Positions 39,772 to 51,794 of a stretch of DNA of 64,000 bases are shown in pieces (position 1 is the first letter of the stretch; each line of letters begins with the position of its first letter). Both the position numbers and the translations under genes were made by a program. The notes under the pieces are model-generated. The model was not told the DNA's origin. It did no database searches and was given only the letters and a program-made list of their open reading frames with translations. This DNA is from Haliotis rufescens (Eukaryota), in the NCBI RefSeq assembly GCF_023055435.1, contig NW_025964372.1, forward strand, positions 35,836,001 through 35,900,000, read 5' to 3'.

Positions 39772-39961
39772 GCTGGCGAATCACGACGTCCACGTGGACT
39801 GCTATGGGTTCAAGCACCAGTTTGATGACCCCGGCCTGCTGCTCCACTACCTGTGTCAGGAGCTGAGCGTCCACTACCTGACTCAGGCCGGCGCCTACGA
39901 GGAACATCAGCGTCGGTGGAACAACTACCTCAGGCAGCACGCCAAGAACATCGTCAAAAAT
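39772..39961 (+). CDS. TBC1D2B: TBC1D2B-like exon 14 (LANHDVHVDCYGFKHQF...RRWNNYLRQHAKNIVKN)
   Basis: gtgttgtag / gtaagc. DxYGF motif and WxxYL helix typical just upstream of TBC domains. Phase 2->0. Confidence 0.92.
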
Positions 39962-40479
39962 GTAAGCAGATATTTTGTAGCCGAGTTTATCACATAATGG
40001 ATAGTGGTATGGATGCAGAAACAAATCCAATTAACTTTGGATCATGATGTGATAAATATTCAAATGAGGTAACCTAGCAGGAACTACTTTTAATAAATCT
40101 GTGAACAGATGTGATTATGATGTGCAAGTGCAAGTTTTTCAAGTTTGACAGCAAAATGTGCCACCTTAGATTACTGGGACACAACCCCCACACGCCCACA
40201 CCCCCACACCCCCACACCCCCATGCCCCAAAGGTTAGAAGGATATGTATAAATGAATTTGTGCTTTGGTATCTGAGTCTATGACGTACTGGCAAATTATG
40301 GTGCGAAATGCTGACAGCAAACTAGCAGTCTTTTCCAAACAGATTAACTTTTCTATTCTTTGGTGATAGAAATATATATGACCTCAAGAAGAATTATGAA
40401 AACACTCTTGTACAAGATGACATTAAATTTTGCATGTCAAAATGATAGGATCTATATTCCAGTGATCATTCCACAAACC

Positions 40480-40885
40480 GTATTGTCCATGATGTGAATG
40501 TATTGTCCGTGATGTGGATGTATTGTCTGTGATGTGGATGTATTGTCTATGATGTGGATGTATTGTCCGTGATGTGGATGTATTGTCTATGATGTGGATG
40601 TATTGTCCGTGATGTGGATGTATTGTCCGTGATGTGGATGTATTGTCTATGATGTGGATGTATTGTCCGTGATGTGGATGTATTGTCCGTGATGTGGATG
40701 TATTGTCTATGATGTGGATGTATTGTCTGTGATGTGGATGTATTGTCTATGATGTGGATGTATTGTCTGTGATGTGGATGTATTGTCTGTGATGTGGATG
40801 TATTGTCTATGATGTGGATGTATTGTCCGTGATGTGGATGTATTGTCTGTGATGTGGATGTATTGTCTATGATGTGAATGTATTT
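40480..40885. repeat. 20-bp minisatellite, about 20 copies, running into the exon 15 pyrimidine tract
   Basis: (gatgtggatgtattgtcyrt)n. Confidence 0.95.
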
Positions 40886-40897
40886 TGTGTTTTGCAG

Positions 40898-41053
40898 AAG
40901 AAGGGTTTGAAGCATCTGTGTCGTGGCGGAATTCCGGACCAGTTTCGGAAACAGGTGTGGCGGCAGCTAGTCCACGACCAAGTTCAGGATGTCATCACAG
41001 AGAAGGGTCCGCACTACTTCCGCAATCTCTGCAACCTTGTTCCGGACTCACCG
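40898..41053 (+). CDS. TBC1D2B: TBC1D2B-like exon 15 (KKGLKHLCRGGIPDQFRKQVWRQL..., TBC domain start)
   Basis: ttttgcag / G|GTAGGC. GIPxxxRxxVW is TBC motif A. Confidence 0.95.
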
Positions 41054-44000
41054 GTAGGCTACAGCATCAGTAATCTGTGGGGTGTTCAAGTCTTGCCTGA
41101 ATACAGGATCCGTAATCTGAGTGTGTTCAAGTCTTGGTTGGCTACAGGATCGGTAATCTGTGGGGTGTTCAAGTCTGGCCTGAATACAGGATCTGTAATC
41201 TGAGTGTGTTCAAGTCTTGGTTGGCTACAGGATCGGTAATCTGTGGGTGTTCAAGTCTTGGTAGGCTACAGGATCAGTAATCTATAGGGTGTTCAAGTCT
41301 TGGTAGTCTACAGGATCTGTAATCTGAGGGTGTTCAAGTCTTGGTAAGCTACAGGATCAGTAATCTGTAGGGTGTTCAAGTCTTGGTAGGTTACAGGATC
41401 AGTAATCTGAGGGTTTTCAAGTCTTGGTTAGCTACAGGATCAGTAATCTGAGGGTTTTCAAGTCTTGGTTAGCTACAGGGTCAGTAATCTGTAGGGTGTT
41501 CAAGTCTTGGTTGGCTACAGGATCAGTAATCTGAGGGTGTTCAAGTCTTGGTAGGCTACAGGGTCAGTAATCTGTAGGGTTTTCAAGTCTTGGTAGTCTA
41601 CAGGATCGGTAATCTTTGGGTGTTCAAGTCTTGGTAGGCTACAGGATCAGTAATCTGTAGGGTGTTCAAGTCTTGGTAGTCTACAGGATCAGTAATCTGT
41701 AGGGTGTTCAAGTCTTGGTAGTCTACAGGATCTGTAATCTGTAGGGTGTTCAAGTCTTGGTAGTCTACAGGATCTGTAATCTGAGGGTGTTCAAGTCTTG
41801 GTAGGCTACAGGATCAGTAATCTGTAGGGTGTTCAAGTCTTGGTAGTCTACAGGATCTGTAATCTGTAGGGTGTTCAAGTCTTGGTAGGCTACAGGATCA
41901 GTAATCTGTAGGGTGTTCAAGTCTTGGTAGTCTACAGGATCTGTAATCTGTAGGGTGTTCAAGTCTTGGTAGTCTACAGGATCTGTAATCTGAGGGTGTT
42001 CAAGTCTTGGTAGGCTACAGGATCAGTAATCTGTAGGGTGTTCAAGTCTTGGTAGTCTACAGGATCTGTAATCTGTAGGGTGTTCAAGTCTTGGTAGGCT
42101 ACAGGATCAGTAATCTGTAGGGTGTTCAAGTCTTGGTAGTCTACAGGATCTGTAATCTGAGGGTGTTCAAGTCTTGGTAAGCTACAGGATCAGTTATCTG
42201 TAGGGTGTTCAAGTCTTGGTAGGCTACAGGATCTGTAATCTGTAGGGTGTTCAAGTCTTGGTAGGCTACAGGATCTGTAATCTGTAGGGTGTTCAAGTCT
42301 TGGTAAGCTACAGGATCTGTAATCTGTAGGGTGTTCAAGTCTTGGTAGGCTACAGGATCTGTAATCTGAGGGTGTTCAAGTCTTGGTAAGCTACAGGATC
42401 AGTAATCTGTAGGGAGTTCAAGTCTTGGTAGGCTACAGGATCTGTAATCTGAGGGTGTTCAAGTCTTGGTAGGCTGCAGCATCAGTAATCTGTAGGGTGT
42501 TCAAGTCTTGCCTGAATACAGGATCAGTAATCTGAGGGTGTTCAAGTCTTGGTTAGCTACAGGATCAGTAATCTGTAGGGTGTTCAAGTCTTGGTAGGCT
42601 ACAGGGTCAGTAATCTGTAGGGTGTTCAAGTCTTGGTTGGCTACAGGATCAGTAATCTGAGGGTGTTCAAGTCTTGGTTAGCTACAGGGTCAGTAATCTG
42701 AGGGTGTTCAAGTCTTGGTAGGCTACAGGATCTGTAATCTGAGGGTGTTCAAGTCTTGGTAGGCTACAGGGTCAGTAATCTGAGGGTTTTCAAGTCTTGG
42801 TAGGCTACAGGATCAGTAATCTGTAGGGTGTTCAAGTCTTGGTTAGCTACAGGATCAGTAATCTGAGGGTGTTCAAGTCTTGGTAGGCTACAGGGTCAGT
42901 AATCTGTAGGGTGTTCAAGTCTTGGTAGGTTACAGGATCAGTAATCTGAGGGTTTTCAAGTCTTGGTTAGCTACAGGGTCAGTAATCTGTAGGGTGTTCA
43001 AGTCTTGGTAGGCTACAGGATCAGTAATCTGAGGGTGTTCAAGTCTTGGTAGGCTACAGGATCAGTAATCTGTAGGGTTTTCAAGTCTTGGTTGGCTACA
43101 GGATCAGTAATCTGAGGGTCTTCAAGTCTTGGTTAGCTACAGGGTCAGTAATCTGAGGGTTTTCAAGTCTTGGTTGGCTACAGGATCAGTAATCTGAGGG
43201 TGTTCAAGTCTTGGTAGGTTACAGGATCAGTAATCTGTAGGGTTTTCAAGTCTTGGTTGGCTACAGGATCAGTAATCTGAGGGTGTTCAAGTCTTGGTAA
43301 GCTACAGGATCAGTAATCTGTAGGGTGTTCAAGTCTTGGTAGGCTACAGGATCAGTAATCTGAGGGTGTTCAAGTCTTAGTAGGCTACAGGATCAGTAAT
43401 CTGAGGGTTTTCAAGTCTTGGTTAGCTACAGGATCAGTAATCTGTAGGGTGTTCAAGTCTTGGTAGGCTACAGGGTCAGTAATCTGTAGGGTGTTCAAGT
43501 CTTGGTTGGCTACAGGATCAGTAATCTGTAGGGTGTTCAAGTCTTGGTTAGCTACAGGGTCAGTAATCTGAGGGTGTTCAAGTCTTGGTAGGCTACAGGA
43601 TCTGTAATCTGAGGGTGTTCAAGTCTTGGTAGGCTACAGGATCTGTAATCTGTAGGGTGTTCAAGTCTTGGTAGGCTACAGGGTCAGTAATCTGAGGGTG
43701 TTCAAGTCTTGGTAAGCTACAGGATCAGTAATCTGTAGGGTGTTCAAGTCTTGGTAGGCTACAGGATCTGTAATCTGTAGGGTGTTCAAGTCTTGGTAGT
43801 CTACAGGATCTGTAATCTGTAGGGTGTTCAAGTCTTGGTAAGCTACAGGATCAGTAATCTGTAGGGTGTTCAAGTCTTAGTAGGCTACAGGATCAGTAAT
43901 CTGAGGGTGTTCAAGTCTTAGTAGGCTACAGGATCAGTAATCTGAGGGTTTTCAAGTCTTGGTTAGCTACAGGATCAGTAATCTGTAGGGTGTTCAAGTC

Positions 44001-45875
44001 TTGGTAGGCTACAGGGTCAGTAATCTGTAGGGTGTTCAAGTCTTGGTTGGCTACATGATCAGTAATCTGTAGGGTGTTCAAGTCTTGGTTAGCTACAGGG
44101 TCAGTAATCTGAGGGTGTTCAAGTCTTGGTAGGCTACAGGATCTGTAATCTGAGGGTGTTCAAGTCTTGGTAGGCTACAGGATCTGTAATCTGTAGGGTG
44201 TTCAAGTCTTGGTAGGCTACAGGGTCAGTAATCTGAGGGTGTTCAAGTCTTGGTAAGCTACAGGATCTGTAATCTGTAGGGTGTTCAAGTCTTGGTAGGC
44301 TACAGGATCTGTAATCTGTAGGGTGTTCAAGTCTTGGTAGTCTACAGGATCTGTAATCTGTAGGGTGTTCAAGTCTTGGTAAGCTACAGGATCAGTAATC
44401 TGTAGGGTGTTCAAGTCTTGGTAAGCTACAGGATCAGTAATCTGTAGGGAGTTCAAGTCTTGGTAAGCTACAGGATCAGTAATCTGTAGGGTGTTCAAGT
44501 CTTGGTAAGCTACAGGATCAGTAATCTGTAGGGAGTTCAAGTCTTGGTAGGCTACAGGATCAGTAATCTGAGGGTGTTCAAGTCTTGGTAGGCTGCAGCA
44601 TCAGTAATCTGTAGGGTGTTCAAGTCTTGCCTGAATACAGGATCTGTAATCTGAGGGTTTTCAAGTCTTGGTTAGCTACAGGATCAGTAATCTGTAGGGT
44701 GTTCAAGTCTTGGTAGGCTACAGGGTCAGTAATCTGTAGGGTGTTCATGTCTTGGTTAGCTACAGGGTCAGTAATCTGAGGGTGTTCAAGTCTTGGTAGG
44801 CTACAGGATCTGTAATCTGAGGGTGTTCAAGTCTTGGTTAGCTACAGGGTCAGTAATCTGAGGGTGTTCAAGTCTTGGTAGGCTACAGGATCAGTAATCT
44901 GTAGGGTGTTCAAGTCTTGGTTAGCTACAGGATCAGTAATCTGAGGGTGTTCAAGTCTTGGTAGGCTACAGGGTCAGTAATCTGTAGGGTGTTCAAGTCT
45001 TGGTAGGTTACAGGATCAGTAATCTGAGGGTTTTCAAGTCTTGGTTAGCTACAGGGTCAATAATCTGTAGGGTGTTCAAGTCTTGGTTGGCTACAGGATC
45101 TGTAATCTGAGGGTGTTCAAGTCTTGGTTAGCTACAGGATCAGTAATCTGAGGGTGTTCAAGTCTTGGTAGGCTACAGGGTCAGTAATCTGTAGGGTGTT
45201 CAAGTCTTGGTAGGTTACAGGATCAGTAATCTGAGGGTTTTCAAGTCTTGGTTAGCTACAGGGTCAGTAATCTGAGGGTGTTCAAGTCTTGGTCTGCTAC
45301 AGGATCAGTAATCTGAGGGTTTTCAAGCCTTGGTAGGTTACAGGATCAGTAATCTGTAGGGTTTTCAAGTCTTGGTAGGCTACAGGATCAGTAATCTGAG
45401 GGTGTTCAAGTCTTGGTAAGCTACAGGATCAGTAATCTGTAGGGTGTTCAAGTCTTGGTAGGCTACAGGATCAGTAATCTGAGGGTGTTCAAGTCTTAGT
45501 AGGCTACAGGATCTGTAATCTGAGGGTTTTCAAGTCTTGGTTAGCTACAGGATCAGTAATCTGTAGGGTGTTCAAGTCTTGGTAGGCTACAGGGTCAGTA
45601 ATCTGTAGGGTGTTCAAGTCTTGGTTGGCTACAGGATCAGTAATCTGTAGGGTGTTCAAGTCTTGGTTAGCTACAGGGTCAGTAATCTGTAGGGTGTTCA
45701 AGTCTTGGTAGGCTACAGGATCTGTAATCTGTAGGGTGTTCAAGTCTTGGTAGGCTACAGGGTCAGTAATCTGAGGGTGTTCAAGTCTTGGTAGGCTACA
45801 GGATCAGTAATCTGAGGGTTTTCAAGTCTTGGTATCCTGCAGGATCAGTAATCTATAGGGCGCTCAAGCCTTGGT
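41054..45875. repeat. 41/42-bp minisatellite, about 115 copies, filling almost all of intron 15
   Basis: ggtaggctacaggatcagtaatctg(t)agggtgttcaagtctt; first unit begins at the donor GT. Confidence 0.97.
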
Positions 45876-46034
45876 TGGCGGATTAACTAGGCCATAGAAA
45901 TAGGTGCTTGTTTCAGAAATCATGGAAAGTCTGCCATAATGTGTAATAATTCATCTTTGATTGATCCATGTTGTGAGTGTACATAGATGTGTTTCAAGAA
46001 GGTAGTGAGAGTTTGTGTACTTGTTCTTCCTCAG

Positions 46035-46124
46035 CTGGCTGCTCGCTACAGGAAGCAGGTCTCCCTGGACCTGATGCGGACAATGCCGAGTAATGTCAAG
46101 TTCGCCACGGCAGGATCCAGAGGG
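46035..46124 (+). CDS. TBC1D2B: TBC1D2B-like exon 16 (LAARYRKQVSLDLMRTMPSNVKF..., Arg finger)
   Basis: cttcctcag / gtgagt. (I/V)xxDxxR catalytic motif. Confidence 0.95.
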
Positions 46125-46475
46125 GTGAGTTGTCATGGTGACCACAGACAGACACACAGACAGACACACAGACAACAACTGTTAAGTACAGGATCATTAA
46201 TGTCCTAACCTGCACACATAGGTGTTATGGAAGCTGGTATGGTTATTCAAAGTATCAGAAGTTCATGCATGTATGGTTCAATCCAGCCAATGTATGAAAG
46301 AGTTAGTTAGAGACTCCCAGGATTATGAAAATCACACCTATATACAGATTACAGAATAGTTAGTCTGATGTTTAGTCAAGTGATACATGTGCAAGGAATT
46401 AAAGAAGTGATGTGGTTGTTGAGATTGTGTAAAGTATACTGCTGGTGTGTAGACGCGTGTGACCTTCACCTTCAG

Positions 46476-46600
46476 ATCATGGACATGCAGGACATCCTCC
46501 TGGCCTTCTGCATCCACAGCCCCTCCATCGGATACTGCCAGGGCATGAACTTCATTGTTGGCATGGCGCTGCTCTTCATGGATGCACAGGATGCTTTCTG
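46476..46600 (+). CDS. TBC1D2B: TBC1D2B-like exon 17 (IMDMQDILLAFCIHSPSIGYCQGMNF...DAFW, Gln finger)
   Basis: caccttcag / gtcagt. YxQ motif (GYCQGMN). Phase 0->2. Confidence 0.95.
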
Positions 46601-46947
46601 GTCAGTTTAACCCTACTCTGGAAATATCTTTGATAGGCCCCATGAAGATCCTGTTAAGAATTGGTCTACAGCAACTGTAGGAGGCAACTAACAGGATCTG
46701 GTTGCGCAGATCGATGCTCATGATGTCAATCACTGGATTTTCTGGCCCTGACTTGATTACTAACAGACAGACGTCAAATAGCTGGAATATTGCTAAGTGT
46801 GTCTTTAAACAACAAACAAATATCTTGTTAGTAGGAAGTTGACAAAATTTGATTTCAAGAAAAACGAAGATTATAGAATAATATGGAAGTTATTTCTGCT
46901 GGGAACTTGGGCCATGTTCCACCTCGCTATCTACTTCAAGGCTGTAA

Positions 46948-47230
46948 TGAGTGAGTGAGTGAGTTGGGTTTAACGCCGCTTTTGACATTATTCCAGTTTT
47001 ATCACGGCGTGTCAGCTTAATGTGGGAGGAAAGCCCGAAGTGATGCAGGTATCACACGTTTACCACTTCGGTGAAACCCACGAGAATGGGTATGGTGCTG
47101 ACAAACCTAGAAACATAATTAGGGCGAACCAGGATTCGAACCCACAATCTTAGGTTTCTGGCATGCCCAAGGGACGCAACTCTGCACAGCGAATCGCGGC
47201 GCCTTAGACGACTGGGCCACCCGTGCCCCC
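46948..47230 (-). mobile_element. tRNA-derived SINE family B, full length (tRNA-Leu-like head)
   Basis: ggtggcccagtcgtctaaggcgc...gtgggttcgaatcc, (ACTC)n tail, TSD ggct(g/a)taatga. Confidence 0.9.
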
Positions 47231-48211
47231 TATGGCTATAATGACTTCCACACTTTTTGTTTCGTGTATTTTAATCCAAGACCTTGTCACTCTTTGGATC
47301 TGAGCACTGAGGTTGTAAACTCCATTTTTTAGTCATTTTAGTATAATACGGGTACTTGGTTTACATATCCACAGCCCCTAAAATCAGGAATGTAGCGGAA
47401 AGTTCATTTCTGCTTTTTTTGTTACCACCAAAATGACAAATAATTACACTTACAAAAAAATTAATTCACAAATATTTAGCCCTGTCTGATTCCGACATAT
47501 GTTGCATGCTCCAGGATGTGTAAACGTTCACTCACACTGTAAATCATAGCTACAACAAATACTTTAACTCCAAGCAGTGTGTGGCTTGTTCTCATTTAAA
47601 CACTATAAATCTTTACATATATTCACATTTCACAAAAATGCGAAACAAAAAGAATAATTCAAGTTGTATTGGTCATCCTACCGACCTTTTATATCTACAG
47701 AAAAAGGGTAGAATATTATTTCTATTTTAATTTCGACCAGCAAGCCAAGATATGAGACAAAAATTCTGTAAACAAGCTAATACCGTATTCGACGATCTTT
47801 TAACTGTGTTTTTTTTCTTACCAAAATTATATTCTAATAAGAGCCCCCTATTTCTAATTTTTAGAGCGCCCTAGGCGCTTATTGCGTCAAATACGGTAAT
47901 AAAAAGTCAGCACAAACAAAGAAAAATACTTGAGAGAGCTGTTCTGGTGTCACCTGTTTTCCACTAAAGGACATAAATGGAGGGATAGGTCAGAGGAATA
48001 GCCTCACAGTTATACAATATGTTCCCCTCCCAACTTTCTCTGTGGTCTGGTTGATACAGCCTCTGTCCTGATAGTGGAGGGCCGGTGGCTCGTTCCTTGG
48101 ATGTGTCTAGTACAAGCAGCCACACACAGACACTTGCATGCATGTCGCTATTGTAAGTGTGACAATCTTGAACATGACCATGTTAAACCCCTTTTCACCT
48201 CACCCTGTCTC

Positions 48212-48610
48212 ACCCCCACCCACACATTGCTGCAGTGCACTAACCCCCTGTGACTGTGTACAGGACCCTGGTGGCCATCACAGAGAGTTACTTTACGCCC
48301 CCCTAACCACCCCCACCCCCACCCACACATTCCTGCAATGCACTAACTCCCTGTGACTGATACAGGACCCTGGCTTGCCATCACAGAGAGTTACTTTACG
48401 CCCCCCTAACCACCCCCACCCCCACCCACACATTGCTGCAGTGCACTAACCCCCTGTGACTGATACAGGACCCTGGTGGCCATCACAGAGAGTTACTTTA
48501 CACCCCCCTAACCACCCCCACCCCACCCACACATTGCTGCAGTGCACTAACCCCCTGTGACTGTGTACAGGACCCTGGTGGCCATCACGGAGAGGTACTT
48601 CACCCCCAGC
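48212..48610. repeat. About 102-bp tandem repeat, 4 copies; the last copy is the real exon 18 acceptor and start
   Basis: cactaaccccctgtgactg(tg/a)tacag|gaccctggtggccatcac with AG at 48263, 48365, 48468 and 48570. Confidence 0.95.
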
Positions 48611-48781
48611 TACTTCGACCACAACCTGGTGGGTGCCCAGGCTGACCAGCTGGTCCTGAAAGACCTCATCAAGGAGAAGCTGCCCACGCTCTCCAGCCAC
48701 CTGATGGACATTGACATCGAGGTGTCCACCGTCACCCTCAACTGGTTCCTAGCTATCTTCTTTGATGCAGTTCCATTCCAG
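48571..48781 (+). CDS. TBC1D2B: TBC1D2B-like exon 18 (TLVAITERYF...LNWFLAIFFDAVPFQ); gene incomplete at 3' end
   Basis: ctgtgtacag / CAG|GTAAGT. TBC C-subdomain motifs DQxVxxDLxxEKLP and NWFL. The expected next exon (xxxIWD..EG.KV) was not found in the window. Confidence 0.95.
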
Positions 48782-51386
48782 GTAAGTCACTTCATTATCT
48801 TCATATCAGGTCGGGGGGCGGTCGGGAAGCGGTCGGGAAGCCTAGTGGTTAAAGCGTTCACTCGTCGTGGGTTTGATTCCTGACATGGGTACAATGGGTG
48901 AAGCCCATTTCTGGTGTCCCCCTGCTGTGATATTGCTGGAATATTCCTCAAAGCAGCGTAAAACCATACTCACTCACTCACTCACTCACTCACTCACTCA
49001 CTCACTGACACCAGGGCAGGTGGCCCAGTGGGTAAAGTGTTAGCTCATTATTGTCCATACACAACAGTCATTGCAGCCACCATATCCCCTGTAGATGCAA
49101 TTCTACACTAGATTCAGATATATTTGTAGTATGTGTATACCCGTTACACTGTTGTGCAGAGTTGTGCCCCTTAGGCATGTCAGGAGCCTGTATGATAAAG
49201 GGTTCACATCCATGATTTTCCCTTGTTATGATCCAGGGTTGTCGACCGCCTCCGTAGTCTAGTGGTAGAGTGTCCACCCAGAGAGTGGAAGGTCCATGTT
49301 GGTTCATGTTGTTGCCGTTTGAACAATTAGGCCGTACTGTCTGTAGATAACTACAGCAAGACATGCAGGCGGCTGCATGTGTTCTGTCTATTCAATCTCA
49401 TGTACATTTGTGTCTGTGCTTTAAAGACTGGATCAGATTATGTGAGTATGTGAGTGAGTGAGTGAGGGAGGGAGAGAGCAAGTGGCAATTTGAGCGTGAG
49501 TGAGTGAGAGAACGAGTGAGAATTTGAGCGTGTGTGAGTGAGTGGGTGGGTGGGTGGGTGAGTGAGTGAGTGAGCGAGTGAGAATTTGAACGTGAGTGAG
49601 TGAGTGAGTGAGTGCCAGCTTCATGTGGAAGCTAAGTGATGCAGGTCATAGACGGGTACTGACAGACCAAGGATGATAATCAGGGTGAATCTGAGATTCA
49701 AACACCAAACATGTAGATCCTGGCAGGGCAGGAGAGTACCTCCACATCCTGACCCCCTTATACCATTGAATGTATTTTAAGTTTTGACTCTGATTTAAAG
49801 TCTCTGCCTTTAAGCAACAAGTGATACTGATTTGACAATCCCCAAAAACATGTCAAGTAAAAAAGACAAATCTGAAATACACTATTTTATTATATGCCTA
49901 AGGCAAACGTAACTTTTAAACAAATTTTACAAAATGTTAATCTGCTCACTGAGCAAGACTGGTGACACTGGCTTAACAAACATGGCAATATATTCTGCTC
50001 ATGCTATCAACCACCGGTTTGCCAGCACAGTTATGGTCATATACAGGCCACCATGATATACCAGGAACATCTCTACCTCATTCACTCACTCACTCTCTGA
50101 GCGTAACACATATCATGGGACATCATTTAGTCGTACACCCCACCTCGTCCATCACCTTTGTGCTCTAGAAGTCACTGTGATGATCTTACTCACCAATCAC
50201 TCCTGAAGTTAGAGCTTATATCTTGGTTTAGATTTCATTATTGGGATCAACATCCTCAAACCTTGAAGGTTTATCATGCAAGGTCTTTACTGATTGCACT
50301 TAAACCCAGTGCCACACAAACCTCGCCATTGTCCCGTGTAAGACATGATATTGCTGTAACTCACACATCAAATTTATAGCCCTCGGCACTGTAGAACAAT
50401 TGGAGGGGTGCCTCAGGGGCAAGGGGTGACCCACATGGGTAATATTACGGCCCTGGTGTCCCACGGGATGTGTGGTCGTGGACGGACCACCGTTGTAATT
50501 TCTTGTGAGTGACTGCCTCAGTTTCATCGTGGATGTAATCGCGTTGATACTTTAGAGGGAATGTCAAGGGGCTGCCCCGAAACAGTGATAGCTATTGCTA
50601 TTGTTCTGTCCCTAGTCTGTCTTACAGACCCTGATACATTTATATCAACTACAGCCCATGCAAGTCTATAATGTTTGGCAAGTCTAAATTACTGCAGTAT
50701 CTGAAAATAAAGAGAATCACTGGGCTCCCTTTTTATTAGATTTTTTTTAAGATAACTGAACCAACTGTTTTTTTCTGTACGATATGTTCATTTCAGAGAC
50801 TATATGTTAGTCTATTCTGTCCCATTCATGCCACAGATATATTTACCCTTTCAACATTTGCTGTTTATAGCCGCATTCTCTAATGCTGCTACACTTAACT
50901 TTCTCACTTTTTGTAAAATTGTTGTATATGGTTTCTGCTTCAATGGGGTCAATACTTTCACGAATATCTGGGTTTTATTCTCATTTATATTCATTTCATA
51001 TTAACCTGTAAATAGGGTAGAGATTTTTCAAGTTTTAGGGAGGTGAGGGGGGTTTGACTTTAATTTGAGATCTGCCTTTTTTTATCTGTTTAGGAACTCA
51101 ATTATTTTTACCAACACACACATGTGCTAAATTAATATTTTCTTGAAAAAATACTTACTCATACTCATAAAAGCAGTCGTGAATCAAGATTTGACTTCTG
51201 GGTATGTCAATACAACCATCTTTGAGAAAAGGGCACATTATTTTTTTCACTAACATGCAAGGAATATGTCAAGGATGAAGTAAACAAGGGACTTACCTAT
51301 TTAGATGTATTTTGGGAATCTTTTATTATTTCGAATTTAATTTAACAAACTATTCAAGATTCTTGTAATTTACTATAAATGAAGAC

Positions 51387-51794
51387 TAGGGCTGGGACGG
51401 GTAACTCAGGTACTCGGGTCAGGTGGGTACTGAGTAGGACCCGGGTACCCACAGGACTACCCGGACCCGTGGTTAGTCACGTGATATATTGTTTAATGAC
51501 AAAAAGTATCTAAAACTCTATGTTTAAAGTCACTAATGTTCCCAGTTCTTCCTGACTACTACTTCCTTCTGACTTTCATATGTTTGAATAAAAATAAACC
51601 TTCATTCAACTTCAGTGTATACACCAGATCGTTTCATACATGTATCTAAACACATTTTACCAGAGCTACGGTCAAACTTTCCCCAATCAGACAGTTTGTA
51701 CCTACCTCTTGAGACCTACAGCGGGTACCCGGGTAGGGTCGGGTAATAGGGGGTAGGGTACCTTGGTAGTAAATTTGGACTCGTCCCAGCCCTA
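51387..51794. mobile_element. hAT-type MITE
   Basis: TIR TAGGGCTGGGACG. 8-bp TSD atgaagac/atgaaggc. Subterminal (A)CCCG/CGGGT repeats. Confidence 0.85.

Noticed and set aside
41765-45743. Repeated minus-strand ORFs MNTLQITDPVAYQDL...
   Set aside because: By-product of 42-bp units; broken by every 41-bp unit and begin at non-ATG codons.
38597-45875. CRISPR-like appearance of the regular arrays
   Set aside because: Units are contiguous with no unique spacers, there are no cas genes, and the context is a spliceosomal eukaryotic gene.
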